Below the pieces are notes generated by a model, which worked only from the letters and a program-made list of their open reading frames with translations, was not told the DNA's origin and made no database searches. DNA of 64,000 nucleotides, from contig NC_091480.1 of NCBI RefSeq assembly GCF_036971445.1, forward strand, positions 61,630,001-61,694,000. Reading direction: 5' to 3'. A program made the position numbers and the translations under genes. Shown here piece by piece: positions 43,744 through 58,007 of this stretch; position 1 is the stretch's first letter; each line of letters opens with the position of its first letter. Origin of the DNA: Narcine bancroftii (lineage: Eukaryota).

Positions 43744-46700
43744 GTAAGTGTGTGTAACTCTGTCTGTGTGTGTGTCACTGTCTCTGTGTGTCTGTCTGTC
43801 TGACTCTGTGTTTGTATATGAGAGAGAGAGCCCCACTGTACCCATGTCTGTGGAATTTGAACATGCATACATCTCTGTGAATGCCTCTGTCTCTCTGTGG
43901 TTGTATTTTCTGTGCCTTAAACATCTTCGGAGCAGGAGAAGAATGTCATTTATTATCCCAGACTGGTTTGCAATGGTGACATGAGAGTGATCTGATCCAA
44001 TTTTAATCAGAGATCTGTTTTGCCTTCAGAAAGAACGTGCCTGTGTCGTTGTACATTTTGTGAGTAGGTTTCCTCAGAGCGGTGTACCGTCACAGTATTA
44101 TCCGACCCCCCTTGAAACGCTCAACTCACGGCCCACATTAATCGTTCAAGCCGTACAAAATGAAGTGGGTCCCTCCACCCTGCGACTTGACCAAAAACCC
44201 GCAATGGTTGAAAGTTCATCCAAAGTAAAAGCATATATTTTAACATATCCACGTCCTGATTTTGGTGACCAGCATCTTATTTTAGTGATCAATCGCAGCT
44301 GCATTATTTATTATCTTTGTTTAAAATATTTACAACTCGCTCCCCCTAAATGAGCAGAGCAATCCACATTCCAAACCAGCCGGACAAGCCTTCAACTTTC
44401 CAACTAAATCTTCCCGTCTCCCACGGACATTTTCGTCCGACTGCTGCTGTGTGCAGAGAGCAGAGTGGGAGCAGAAGGGGCATTTGCCTTGCTGAGCACA
44501 GTCACCTGAGAAAGGGGAGAGACGCTGCGCTATCAGACGAGCCCAATTCGCAGTGTTTGGCAAACGAGACAATCTTTAGTGAAAGATGCAATCGTTCAGC
44601 ACAGCAGGTCATGGATGTTTTTTCATTGATAATGTATTCAATTGTTTAGGAGTCATTTGTTTATCTTAATATGCATTTATGAATTTATTCTCCAATCCAG
44701 CAATAATTATCTGTGTACAGGTCAGTTGGAGAGTTCAGCGTTTAGCAATGTATTCTCTCATCAATAATTATGTGTCAGAGGTTTCATTAAATATATTCCC
44801 TAGCTTGAGTATGATTTGTGTGTCTGCTTTGGAGTTTTGTATAAATTATCTAATCCAGTCATAATTGTGAATGCGTGTGTGTTTTCTTGCTTTATAAAGA
44901 AATTATCCTAAAATAGTTTGTGTGTTTATGTGGTCTTTCGATGCAAGAAGGGTCTCCCACACCTTCTCTTTCTGTCTCTTCTCTCCCTCTCTCCCCACTC
45001 CCTTTTCTCTTTCTCTCCCCCTCCCTTTTTCTCTCCCTTCCCCATTCCGTTTCCTCTCTCCCCTCCCCTCCCTCTCCCCCCCCTTTTCTCTCTCCCCCTC
45101 CGTTTTCTCTCTCTCTGCCCCCTCCACTCCCTCCCCCCTCTCTCTCAGGGTGACATTGGTGCCTGCCTCCGCCCCCTTGCAGCCCCACTTGCGTCCTTGC
45201 ACTGATGAACCCTACCATGTGCGCACTGCAGCAGCTTCACCTGCAGTGGCTCGATCCGCCCCTCTGCCCACTTCAGCCATTGAGGGGGATGGGATGGAGG
45301 GCTAAAATTCTAGTGGTATTGATGCACAGAACAGGCCTGGAGCCTGCTTCAGCCCGCACAGTGGGGAGCAGGTAAAAGATTGGCACCTCCTGCCCTGCCT
45401 TGAGGCAGTGTCAAGACTCTCTGCAAGGGATCTCCCTGCCACCATCACTGCACTCAGGGCGAGAGTCGGGGGGGGGGGCATAAGAAAGAAGGGTGGTGTG
45501 GAGTGGGGGGGGGGTTGTAAGAAAGAAGGGTGGTGTGGAGTGGGGGGGGGGGGTTGTAAGAAAGAAGGGTGGTGTGGAGTTGGGGGGGTTGTAAGAAAGA
45601 AGGGTGGTGTGGAGTGAGGGCATGAGAGGGATATGGTGGGATGGGTGAAGGGGGAGAGGGGGCGTGAGGAGGGAGCACTGTGGGAGGGAGGGGAATGAGG
45701 AGGGAGGGCCTCATGGAGGGAAGGTGGTGAGGAGGGATCACCACGGGAGGGTGCAGCAAGGACAGAGGGGAGTGAGGAAGGAGGGGCGGTGGGGAGGGAT
45801 AGTGAGGGGATGGTGAGGAGGGAATGGATGGTAAGGAGGGAATGAATGGTGAGGAGGGAGGGGATGGGAGGGAGGGGTGGGAAGGAGGGAGGGAGGGGCA
45901 GAGGAGGGAGGAGGTGTGGAGGAGGGTGGGAGGGAATGGTGAGGAGGGATGGGTGGCGAGGAAGGACGGGTGATGAGGATGGAGGGATGGACAGCAAGGA
46001 GGGGTGCATCCAAGAGGTGGAAACTCTCAGAGGTGCTGCTTTCTCAGTGATGTGCGAACCCAGCTCTCCCTCCAACATCTTGACTCCATGTTAAATCTCT
46101 TTGGGAAAGGTCAGGGCAGCTGTTTCCGGTCGGTGTCCCTGAGCTAATATTGATCTCACAACTACTGACACATCAGTAACCCCCCCCCCCCCCCCCCCCC
46201 CCACCAAGGCTGCTCTCTGTGGAACCTTTCTGTGCACTAATTGGTTCTTAATATCTGACAAATTTTCTAGTAGTGGTGGGGGGGGGGGGGGGGGGAATAA
46301 TCTCTGTTGATTATCCTTCTCTCTCTGCTCCGGGGAAATGTGATGAGAGTTTCCAAACTGCAATTTACATCTAATAGCTCTGAGAATTGCCTCATTCAGG
46401 AAGGTAAGATGAGCTGAATCTGACAACACAAAACAGGGTTGGAACAGCTGGTGTTTCTATCCCTACCCCCTCCCCTCTGTCCCCCCTCCCCTCTGTCCCC
46501 CCTCCCCTCTGTCCCCCCTCCCCTCTGTCCCCCCCTCCCCTCTGTACCCCTCCTCTCCCCTCTGCATCCATCCCCATCTCTCTGTACCCTTCTGTCCTCT
46601 CTGTATCCTCCCCTCCCTCCCCTCCGTATCGCTCCCCTCTCGTCCCCTCCCTTCTATCCTCTTCTCCCCCGTGTCCCCACCCCTCCCCTCCCCTGTACCC

Positions 46701-48253
46701 CTCTCCTCCCCTCTGTAGCCCTCTCCTCTACCTGCCCCCTCCCCTCTGCATCCTCTTCTCCCCCTGCATCCTCTTCTCCCCTCCCTCCCTTCTGTCCCCA
46801 TCCTCCCCTCACTTCTGTCCCCTCACCCTTCCCCTCTGTCCCCTCCCCTCTCCTCCCACCCTCCTCTCCCCTCCCTCTCTTTCACTGTCCCCACCCTCCC
46901 CTCACCTCTGTACCTCTCCTCTTCCCTTCCTTCTGTACCCTCTGTGCCATTCCCTCCCTCTGTTCCCTCCCCTCCCTCTGTTCCCTCCCCTTCCCTTCCC
47001 TCTGTCGTCTACAGGTGTTCAACAGCAGCACGAGATGTCACCAGTACTGGGGTTGGAGGGAGAAACTGCTTGGGCCGCATCTCCCTGTTTTGCAGGAGGC
47101 TGAGCAGGGGTTCTTTTCATCCCAGCCCCTCCCTGTTGACCCAGTCCCCTACCCGAGCTGTTCCCCTTTCCCTGCATTTGGCCCATCTCCCCCTGAACCT
47201 TTTCCGTCCATGGACCTGTCCAAATGTCTGTTAAACGGTGTAATTGTCCCCACCTCCACCACTTCCTGGGGCAGCTCGTTCCACACACCCACCACCCTCT
47301 GTGTGAAGAAGGTGCCTCTCAGGTCCCCTTTAAATCTCCCCCCTCTCACCTCTTGCTGTGTGGGTAGGTGTGTGTGCGTGTGCATGCATGCACATGTGCC
47401 CAGGTGTTTCTCTGTGTGTGGGCCTGTTGAATTTACATGTTCAGGTTTAAATTTATATGTCACATTGTACTCAGCACAGTGAGAAGGGTTCTTCTGCGAG
47501 CAGTCTAAAGGTTATCTCTAACATTTATACAGCGGGGTAAAGTAGAACAAGAGCACAATTCCAGGGTAGAGAGCTACAATAATAAAGATCAATGAGCACA
47601 AAGCAAGGGCAGTGTGAGAGCACTGGGTGGGGTGATTCAGGAGCCTGATGGCTGTGGGGAAGAAGCTGTCTTTAACCCTGTTGGTGCGTGATCTCACACC
47701 CCTGAGTTTTCTCCCTGACGGGAGAAGGGAGTGATGGGTCCTTCAGGATGTCGGCTGCCTTTCCCAGACAGGTGGAGTCCATGGAGGGGAGGGGGCTTTA
47801 CATGATGTTCTAACCTCCATTCACCACCTTCTGCAGCTTCCCCCAATCTTGAGCTGAGCTGGTTCTCCCCCCATCCACCCCAGAAAACATTTGTGGTTGG
47901 CAGGTTAGTCGGGTGCTGTGAATGAGCACCCGACTAACCTGCTGTGAATGGGTGAGGGGGTGGGGGGGCTAGTTGATGTGAATGTTGGGGTGGAATAAAA
48001 TGGGGATCAGTGTGAAGTGGTGGAGGAACCCAGTGCAGAATTTTGTGTCAGTGTGGTTGGCAATCCCAGCTGTGGCTGAGTTGTAGAGGGAGGCCACTCA
48101 GCCCATCAGATCCATGCCAGCCCCAACAGAACCATCTGTTCAATCAGGTTCATGGATGGGAAAGGATTGGAGGGATGATGTGTCAAACGTAGGCAAAGGG
48201 AGCTAGCTCAGACAGACAAGAGGGAACAAAGGGCCAGCTTCTGTGTTCATTGA

Positions 48254-48257
<4 letters not shown>

Positions 48258-48322
<65 letters not shown>
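48258..48322. repeat. (CT)n microsatellite forming the polypyrimidine tract of exon 2
   Basis: Perfect CT run directly upstream of the splice acceptor. Confidence 0.95.
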
Positions 48323-48325
<3 letters not shown>

Positions 48326-48331
48326 CTACAG

Positions 48332-48419
48332 GGCAAGCCTTTTGTCTTTGATCGGGTGTTCCCAACCAACACGAGCCAGGACCAGGTCTACAACGCCTGT
48401 GCCAAGCAGATTGTACGAG
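48332..48419 (+). CDS. KIF5A: Kinesin-1 heavy chain, exon 2
   Basis: [29 protein letters not shown] with ag/gt boundaries; 88 nt. Confidence 0.9.
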
Positions 48420-49084
48420 GTGTGAAGGGACCCACGGGTGGCCGACATTCTGCAGACAATGTGGGCAGGGAGTGGACTGGGATGGGCTAATGGTGTGGAC
48501 AAGATCAACGAAAGAGAGAAGTTTGGAATTGAACTCTTTGTGGCCGAGAAATAGTGAAGACCTTTGTTTCACTGTGCTAGCCAGGAAAGTCAACACAGCA
48601 GAAGGTTCTCAAGGCATGGACACCGGAGAACCCGCGCTAAGGTGGTGGGGGGTCAAATAGAGTGAGACCAGGGTGGGATGGATACACATGCAGACCTGCA
48701 CGCCCCACACACGTGCACCCTCATGCTTGCATGTACACCCACCCACACAGTCACATTCATCCATCCACGCACAGACACGCACTTGCACCCTCACATGTGC
48801 ACCCAGGCACTCGTACCCATGCACACCAACACGTGCACCTGAGTGCACACCCCCAGCCTCGCATGCACACCCACGCATGAGCACGCAGGCACCTATTTCT
48901 TGAAGTGGAACCCTCGTGAGTGAAGGGCAGGTAGATGGGTAGCTCGTGGAGAATACGATATACAGGGGAAATTGGGATGAACCAGGGAATTATCGGCCAG
49001 TGAGCCTCACATCAGTGCTAAGGAAACAACTGGAAAGGAAACCTTGGGATAAGATTTACACACATTTAGAAAGGCATCGTCAGA

Positions 49085-49650
49085 TGATCGATGAGGGTGG
49101 GGCAGTGGGTGTGTCTATACGGACCAGTCAGGTGATCGGTGGGTGGTCCACATGGATCAATCAGGTGATCAGTGAGGGTGGGGCAGTGGGTGTGTCTATA
49201 CAGACCAGTCAGGTAATTGGTGGGTGTGTTTATACGGACCAGTCAGGTGATCGGTGGGTGGTCCATGTGGACCAGTCAGGTGATCAGTGAGGGTGGGGCA
49301 GTGGGTGTGACTATACAGACCAGTCAGGTGATCAGTGGGTGGTCCACATGGACCAGTCAGGTGATCGGTGGGTGTGTCCATATGGATCAGTCAGGTGATC
49401 ATGGGGCAGTGGGTGTGTCCATATGGAGTAGTCAGGTGATTGGTGGGTGTGTCCATACAGACCAGTCAGGTGATCGATGGGTGTGTCCACTTGGACCAGT
49501 CTGGTAATCGGTGGGTGTGTTTATATGGACCAGTCAGGTGATCGGTGGGTGGTCCATGTGGACCAGTCAGGTGATCACTGAGGGTGGGGCAGTGGGTGTG
49601 TCTATACAGACCAGTCAGGTGATCGGTGGGTGTGTCCACACAGACTAGTC
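49085..49650. repeat. Complex minisatellite (ggaccagtcaggtgatcggtgggtg...)
   Basis: The core cagtcaggtgatc recurs more than 10 times. Confidence 0.9.
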
Positions 49651-51348
49651 AGGGGTTTGGTAAACTCCCTCATGGTCGCTGATTCAGAAGGTTCCGATGC
49701 AGTGGGCTGGCCCAGAGAAGATGTGGGGTAGTGGAGCAAGGCTGTTATTCAGGCTGGAGACCTGTGACCAGTGGTCTTCCACAGAGATGGGTGTCGGGAT
49801 TCCTGTGGTCTGTGATGTATATAAATTACAGTAAAACCCCCATTTTCTGGAATTCAAGCAACCGGCAAAAAAGTGGGGGAAAATAAATACATAAAAATTT
49901 GACAGTCCACTCACGGTCAGCTCCCAATCACTCAACATGCAATCTCATGCAAGCGGAAAATGCACTTATCTGGCATCTACCAATCCCCATCGGTTTTACT
50001 GCACTTGGGAAAAAATGTAGGTGAGTGCTTCAGTCAGATTGCAGATGATAAAGATTGGAGTTGTCAGCAATGAAAGAATACGCCAGAATAGAGATTAATG
50101 AGTGAGACGGGCAGTGAAATGGCAGGTGGTGATGAATCCAGACAAGTGGGCAATGATGCACTTTGGGAGGTCAAGTGCAAGGGGATTGTATACAATGAAT
50201 GGGGGGGAGCTCAGGAAAGCATTGATGTGCAGAAGGATCTGGGGGTCTGAAAGTAGCCACACAAGTGGGACGCTGGGTTTCACTGGCAGGGACTGAGTAC
50301 AAGGGCAAGTTCAGGGGAGATGTTTGGGAAAGTGTTTTTGCACACAGGGGTGGGTATCTGGAGGGGGCTGCCAGGGACAGAGGTGAAAACAGATCCAGCA
50401 GTGGTTTTTGAGAAGTTTCCAGACAGACCATGAACATGGAGGCAGGGGCAGGACCAGATCAAGCAGCAGGGCCGAGTTTGAGCTTCACATTCAGCACAGA
50501 CACACAGGTTGAAGGGCCTGTGCTGTGGACAACAATGATGATCCTGTGTGTGACTGTTGATGTTGGGGAGCATGGTAGGTGAGATGTCTTGGAGGGGGGG
50601 GGTGGGGGGTGGTTCCAGCCTGTGAACTGGAACCAAACAAGACTGTTTGCGGTGAGGTATGAGGGGGTTTCGGTGGGTGACAATCAGCACTGCTCCAATT
50701 CAATCTCCCTTCCCCGGCCATGGCACTCCATCCTCACCCCCTCCCTCCAACAGTCTCCCTCCTCAACCACTCCCTCCCACAATCTCCCTCCTCTCACCCT
50801 CCAGTCTCCCTCCTCAACCCCTCCCTTCCACAATCTATCACCTTACCACATCCCTCCCACACCCTCTTTACCCCTCCCACAGTCTCCCTCCCAGTCTCCC
50901 TCCTAAACCCCTCTCCACATTCTTCTCACCCTCTCCCACTGTCTCCCTTCTCACCCCTCCCTCCCTCAGTCTCCCTCTTCACCCCCTCCTACAGTCACCC
51001 TCCTCACCCCCTCCCACTATCTCCCTTCTCACCCCCTCATAGTCCCCCTCCTCACCCCCTCCCTCCAATAGTCTCCCTCCTCACACCCTCACTCCCAGTC
51101 TCCCTCTTCACCCCATCACTCCCAGTCTCCCCCCCTCCCCCCCACAGTCTCCCTCCTCACCCCCTTCCCCCACAGTCTCCCTCCTCACCCACCCCTCCCT
51201 CCTACAGTCTCACTCCCTCCCTCCCACAGTTTCTATCTTTACCCCCTCCCAATGTCTCCCTCATCACCCCCTTCCTCCCACGGTGCTCCCTCCTCAGGCC
51301 CTCCCTCCCGCGGAGCTCCCTCCTTACCTCCTCCTGCTTGGAGTATGA

Positions 51349-51474
<126 letters not shown>

Positions 51475-52459
51475 TGAGGTCCCTTGGAATTTAATTCTCC
51501 TGAAGTCCCTGTCCTGGGGATTATTGGTACTGGAACCATGTTGTCATTGCACAAGTCGAGGGGAGGCTGTGAGTTGTGGAGGCGGATGGGGGACATGGAG
51601 GGAGGGAGGAGTGGGGATGGAACCTGGGAGTGGAGCATGGGAATGGCTAGGGATCAGAGTAGGGGATAGAGCGTGAGGCAAGTGAGGGAGCTTGAGGGGG
51701 GGGAGTATGGGAGGGAGTGAGTGCAAACCCTTTCCTTTCTGCACTCCCTTTCCCTCCTCTCCCCATGTATCTCACACCCTGTCCCTTCCCCTTTTCCCCT
51801 TCCCCCTTTGCCCTTTCCCCTTTCCTGATTCTCCCCTTCCCTCATACCCCTTCTTCCCCCTCCCCTCCCCTCCTCTTCCCTGGGGGTTGGGTGGGGGGAA
51901 GAAGAGAGTGTGATTGAGCTTTTGCCCTCCCCCCTTCGCCCTTCCCCCTTTGCCCTTCCCCCTTTGCCCTTCCCCCTTTGCCCTTCCCCTTTTGCCCTTT
52001 CCCCCTTTGCCCTTTCCCCCTTTGCCCTTTCCCCCTTTGTCCTTTCCCCCTTTGCCCTTTCCCCTTTCCCCTTCACTATCATCATCCCCCTTCCCTGATT
52101 CTCCCCTTCCCCCACACCCCTTCTTCCCCCTCCCCTCTCCTCCTCTTCCCTGGAGGTTGGGTGGGGGGAAGAAAGTGTGATAGAGGAGGGATGGGTCCTT
52201 TAAAATGTTGGCAACTTTCCTGAGACTCCGATTGTGTGGATAGTGGATGAGGATCCAAGTAACCTGCAGGCCGGTTTAATTGAAACATCACTGAGTATGT
52301 GATGTCATATATGTTCTCTGACAGTAAACTTGACTACAGGTGCAGGGATGTCCCACTACAACTGATGGTGGGGAGACCAAAGAAACTAGTGGATACTAGA
52401 GATTCAAGGAGATAGGGTGGGGGAGAAGGTGTTTGAAACACTTCCCTTCATGGGTCAGG

Positions 52460-52990
52460 GCACTGAGTCCAGGAGCAGGGACATCCCGTTACAACCTCCA
52501 GGACACTGGGAAGACCACACTTGGAGTATTGTGCACAGTCTGGACACCCAGCTGTAGGAAGGATTCACTGAGCTGGAAGGGGGGCAGCAATGATCCACTA
52601 GGATGTTCCCAGGACTGGAGGGCTGGAGTTACAAGAAGAGGCTGGATAGGCCTTTCTTCCTGGAGTGGAGGAGGCTGAGGGGGGACTTTCTCGAGATTTA
52701 TAAAACTATGAGGGGCATGGATAAGGTAGGTGGTCACAGTTGTTTCCCCAAGGTAGATGATTCTAGAACTAGAGGGGAGAGAGATTAAGGAGAACCCGAG
52801 GGGCACCTTTTCCCAGAGGGTGGTGGGTGTGTGGAAGGAGCTGCCACAGGGAGCTGGTGGAGGGGATACAACTGCAACCACGCAGACATTTGGGCAGATA
52901 AGCAGGTGTTGAGGACCAAATGCAGGCAAATGGGATGAGACCAGTATGCACCTTGGTCAGCATGGAGGGTTGGGCTGAAAGGCCTATTTC
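52460..52990 (+). mobile_element. CR1/HER1-like LINE 3' fragment
   Basis: LEYCAQSG...SYKKRLDR...RRLRGD; similar to 63670-64000. Confidence 0.75.
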
Positions 52991-53087
52991 TAAGCCATAG
53001 GAGTGTGATGAGTGGGGAGAGGAGAGGTGGGAGGGGAGATGGGAATAGCCGAGCCGTGAATGGTGTTTGTCGGTCTTTGTCTGACAG

Positions 53088-53192
53088 GGCGCACTCCATG
53101 ACACACACTTGATGGGCATCATACCCAGGATTGCTCACGACATCTTCAACCACATATATGCCATGGACGAGAACCTGGAGTTCCACATAAAG
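53088..53192 (+). CDS. KIF5A: Kinesin-1 heavy chain, exon 4
   Basis: [35 protein letters not shown]; 105 nt. Confidence 0.92.
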
Positions 53193-53490
53193 GTGCGGGA
53201 ATAGGGGTGGGGGTGGGCAGGGTGAGGGCCACTGCTGGAGACGTCCACAGAGGGAGAGGGGGCGGAGGGAGGGAGGGAGAAGGGGAAGGATAGGGAGGGA
53301 GGGGAAGGTGGCGGAGGGAGATAGGGAGGGGTAGGTGACAGAGGGAGATAGGGAGGAAGGGGGAGGTGACGGAGGGAGATAGGGATGGAGAGAAAGGTGA
53401 CAGAGGGAGAGAGGGGAGGTGGGGAGGTGGCAGAGATAGTGAGGGGAAGGTTACAGAAAGAGATGGGGGGAGGTGACGGAGGGCCCATTC

Positions 53491-54615
53491 TTTTTTTTAA
53501 AATTTTTTATTTTTCACACTATAAACCACATTGATCAAGATACATACATTTTCCTTTTCAAATATATACAGTGTCGTTTTCTTCCCCCCCTCCCTCTTCC
53601 CATCCCACCCTCCCTACCTCCCCTCCCATTCATTTAAAGTTCAGAATCTAAGATACATTAAACCCGTCAAACAATAAAAATAAACAAGAAATTCCACTGA
53701 GTCAATTCTTTTCATTCCCTTTTCCTTCTGTCATTTTAGGTGGTAGATGTCCCCGGTAGGTTTTCTCTATTGTGTTTCATGTATGGCTCCCATATTTGTT
53801 CAAATATTGTAATATTATTTCTTAAATTATATGTTATTTTTTCTAATGGAATACATTTATTCATTTCTTTATACCATTGTTGTATTCTCAAGTTATCTTC
53901 TAATTTCCAGGCTGACATAATACATTTTTTTGCTACAGCTAGGGCTATCCTAACAAATCTTTTTTGTGCACCATCCAAATCAAGTCCAAATTCTTTGTTT
54001 TTTATGTTACTTAGGAGAAAGATCTCTGGGTTTTTTGGAATATTACTTTTTGTGATTTTATTTAATATCTGGTTTAGATCTTCCCAAAATTTTTTCATTT
54101 TCTCACATGTCCAGATTGCATGAATTGTTGTTCCCATTTCCTTTTTACAGCGAAAACATCTGTCAGATACTGTTGGGTCCCATTTATTTAACTTTTGAGG
54201 TGTAATATATAGCCTGTGTATCCAGTTATATTGTATCATACGTAACCTCGTATTTATTGTATTTCTCATAGCTCCTGAGCATAACTTCTCCCATGTTTCA
54301 TTCTTTATCTTTATGTTTAGATCTTGTTCCCATTTTTGTTTAGTTTTACCATTTGTTTCCTCATTCTCCTTTTCTTGTAGTTTAATATACATATTTGTTA
54401 TAAATTTTTTGATTATCATTGTGTCTGTAATCACATATTCAAAATTACTTCCCTCTGGTAACCTCAGACTGCTTCCCAATTTGTCCTTCAAGTAGGATTT
54501 CAGTTGGTAGTATGCCAACACTGTATCGCGAGTTATATTATATTTATCCTTCATTTGTTCAAAGGATATAATTTATTTCCTGAAAAGCAATTTTCTCTTC
54601 TTTGATCCCTTTTTC
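53491..54615 (-). mobile_element. 5'-truncated L1-clade LINE in KIF5 intron 4
   Basis: 272-aa ORF2 C-terminus (CFRC..H..C), A-rich tail, perfect 16-bp TSD gacggagggcccattc. Confidence 0.95.
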
Positions 54616-54872
54616 GACGGAGGGCCCATTCCATGCCTCTGTTGACCATCTCCACTCATGGTCCAGTTCCCTAGCCCTCAATCCCCTGATCTTCCCAACG
54701 TTTAACCCCTGCTCTTTGCAGCAGCTGAGTGATGATGTGCCTTTGATCCCCTGGGCAAGAGAATCCCGGAGATTGCCCTCCTCTGAGAGACAGCCCACAC
54801 ACCCCCCTCCCCACCAACCTGTAAAAATTCGCAGTTATGCCACACCTGTTTAATTTCCTCTTGTCCCAACAG

Positions 54873-54920
54873 GTTTCGTACTTGAAATCTACATGGACAA
54901 GATCCGTGACCTGCTTGATG
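54873..54920 (+). CDS. KIF5A: Kinesin-1 heavy chain, exon 5 (1-nt deletion)
   Basis: VSY[F]EIYMDKIRDLLD needs one more T; the exon is 48 nt where the phases of its neighbours require 49. Confidence 0.85.
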
Positions 54921-55264
54921 GTAATTCTTGTCCTGATCAACGATTTGAGAACATTTGGCCCTTCAACTGTGAATGAGCTCTGTGACTGTTCCTTCCTTGC
55001 TGCTAACAGGTGGCACCCATGTCCCTTCCAATCATTCCCCCTTCAGTTCCTGTCAGTCATCACACAGTCCCTGCGGGCAACACTTCTGGGCTGAGACGAC
55101 CCCTCCTCTTTCCTATCCCATCCTTCATCACCCAGCCCTTAACACATACAGGATTGATTTAAATTCATCCTAACTTCACTGCTCAAAGGAGAATTCTGCT
55201 TTCCCCTCTGCCCCCTTACACCCTCGGAGGGAACTGCATTCTATTTACCATTCCCGTACATATA

Positions 55265-55640
55265 GTGTGTGAGGGAGCATCATTCTGTCTGACCCTGGGA
55301 GTGTGTGATGGGACAGTGTGGAGGGCGTTTCACTCTGTGTCTGACTCTGGAGTGTGTGATGGGACAGTGTGGAGGAGCTTCATTCTGTGTCTGACCTGGG
55401 AGTGTGTGATGGGACGGTGTGGAAGGAGCTTCATTCTGTGTCAGACCCTGGGAGTGTGCGATGGGACAGTGGGAGGGAGATTCAGACTCTGATCCAGGAG
55501 TGTATAATGGACAGTGTGGAGGGAGCTTTCCTCTGAGTCTGACCCTGGGTGTGTGTGATGGGACGGTGTAGAGGGAGCTTCACTCTGTGTCTGACCCTGT
55601 GAGTATATGATGGGACGGTGTGGGGGAATCGTCACTAGGG
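55265..55640. repeat. About 50-bp satellite (gggagtgtgtgatgggacagtgtggagggagcttcactctgtgtctgacc)
   Basis: About 7 tandem units. Confidence 0.9.
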
Positions 55641-56195
55641 TCTAACCGATGCACTCCTGAACTTTGGACATGACAGAATTGTTGCTCCAAGTATCTGATA
55701 CAGAGGCTCCATCGAAAATTTGCATTGCATTCTCATAACCTGCTCGATCATTGGAATCCGTGAAGAGACACACAATTTTCAGTGACAGACCTCACTTTAT
55801 GAAATGACATTGAATTTTGCGATTCCAGGAAAGACTTCTCACAACAAATCTAGTTCGATTCTTCTGTGGTGTCTTACTCCTGTTCCCAACACATCTGTGC
55901 TCGGCTTTTCACTGAAAAACCCTCTTCCCGGGGCTCCATCGGACCCATCCATCTCTCCACATCTATCTTCTTCTGTCCAATATCCCATCACTTCTTGGTC
56001 CCTTCCCCCGCTTCCCTCTACTCTATGCTGCCACCCTTCCGTCGGTCCCCCACCCGAAACGTTCACTGACCCATTCATTCCGTGGAAGCTACCTGACCTG
56101 CTGAGACTTTTCGGCAGCTCATTCCTTGCTCAGGATTCAAGTGCTTTCAATTTCCTGTGTCTTATTAAATTACAATAGTTCTTCCTGTTCCTCAG

Positions 56196-56251
56196 TGGCG
56201 AAGACAAACCTCTCCGTGCATGAAGATAAGAACAGAGTTCCCTTTGTTAAG
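56196..56251 (+). CDS. KIF5A: Kinesin-1 heavy chain, exon 6
   Basis: (V)AKTNLSVHEDKNRVPFVK; 56 nt. Confidence 0.92.
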
Positions 56252-56319
56252 GTGAGAGGCAGAGGGATCGGGCCTTGAGTTAATATCTCTTTTGTCCTAA
56301 AAATGGACTGTCCATGGGA

Positions 56320-57020
56320 CTGCACAATGGGACGGTGTGGAAGGAGCTTCACTCTGTGTCTGACTCCGGGAACGTGTGATGGGACAGTGAGGAGGGAGTT
56401 TCACTCTGTGTCTGACCCCAGGAGTGTGTGATGGGATGTTGTGGAGGGAGCTTCACTCTGTGTCTGACTCCGGGAATGTGTGATGGGACAGTGAGGAGGG
56501 AGCTTCACTCTGTGTCTGACCCCAAGAGTGTGTGATGGGATGGTGTGGAGGGAGTTTCACTCTGTGTCTGACCCCGGGTGTGTGTGATGGGATGTTGTGG
56601 AGGGAGCTTCACTCTGTGTCTGACTCCGGGAATGTGTGATGGGACAGTGAGGAGGGAGCTTCACTCTGTGTCTGACCCCGGGAGTGTGTGATGGGATGTT
56701 GTGGAGGGAGCTTCACTCTGTGTCTGACTCCGGGAATGTGTGATGGGACAGTGAGGAGGGAGCTTCACTCTGTGTCTGACCCCAAGAGTGTGTGATGGGA
56801 CAGTGTGGAGGGAGTTTCACTCTGTGTCTGACCCCGGGTGTGTGTGATGGGATGTTGTGGAGGGAGCTTCACTCTGGGTCTGACTCCGGGAATGTGTGAT
56901 GGGACAGTGAGGAGGGAGCTTCACTCTGTGTCTGACCCCAAGAGTGTGTGATGTGACGGTGTGGAGGGAGCTCCACTCTGTCTCTGACCCGGGGAGTGTG
57001 TGATGGGATGGTGTGGAGGG
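56320..57020. repeat. About 50-bp satellite, same family
   Basis: About 14 tandem units flanking exon 6. Confidence 0.92.
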
Positions 57021-58007
57021 AGTGTGCAAGTGAACTGATCGGGGAGATTGTGTGAGGGGACAGGATGGAGGGAGGGTGGGAGGGAACAGGTTGGAGGGTG
57101 GGAGAGGCAGGAGGAGGTTGTCAGGGGATGGGGCGGGGGGGTCAGGGTGTGTGTGGAGAATGTGTCGGGAGACAGGGCTGGGGAGCAAGGCTGGGGGAGG
57201 GGACGGGGGAAATTTCGAGGCGGACGGTGTTGGGGGAGGGATTGAGGGTACAGGGCAGGGGGTGAGAGGGGGACAGGGTGGGGGAGGCTGTGTTTAGGAT
57301 GGGGAGGGTGTGGGCAGAGGATGGGTGTGGGGGTCGGGGCGGGGGAAGATGTGAGGGGACGGGATGGAACAGGGTGGGGGAGGTGTAGGGCGGACGGGAT
57401 GGCGGTGGGTATGGAGGGATGGGGCGTGGGGATACAGGACGTGGCGGGGTAAGTGCAGGGAGAGTTGTGGAGGGATGGGCCAGAGGGAAGGTGAGAGGGG
57501 ACGGGGCGGGGGGAATTGCGGGGGTAGGAGGGTGGGGGAGGGTGTTAGGGGTTGGGAGGGTGTTAGGGGACGGCATGGTGCGGGGGATGTGTGAAGGATT
57601 TCCAGGGGGAGGTGTGAAGGGACGGGGTGCAGGGAGTTGTGGGAGGAGGGGGAGTGAGGGAGGATGTGTGGGTGCAGGATGGTGTGGGGGAGGTGTGGGG
57701 GGTGGGTGTGTGGGGGTGGGGTGGCGGGATGGTGTGAGAGAATAGGGCGGGGGAGGTGTGGTTGGATGGGACGTCAGGAGGGTGTGAGGGGATGGGACAG
57801 GTTAGGTGTTGGGCGGATGTGCCAGGGGGCGGGTGTCACCCTCCTGCAGCGTACATGGTGTGCTTCCCTCTGGCTCATCCCTCCGCAACTCTCCCTGCAC
57901 TTACCCCTCCACGTCCTGTCCCCTCACACCCTCCTCCGCCCCATCCCTCCAGACCCCACCACGTCCCAGCAGGACTAGTGACTGCTGCTGTTGTTGTTGT
58001 TCTGCAG

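Noticed and set aside
44595..44615. REST/NRSE site in intron 1 of the kinesin gene
   Set aside because: Only the TTCAGCAC half matches; the GGACAG half is missing.
44890..47482. Long Pro- or Gly-rich ORFs (also 50589-52223 and 57048-57978)
   Set aside because: Translations of low-complexity polypurine/polypyrimidine intron tracts.
55960..56150. Penelope-type hammerhead ribozyme near cccgaaacgt
   Set aside because: No CTGANGA core with paired stems could be identified; degraded at best.
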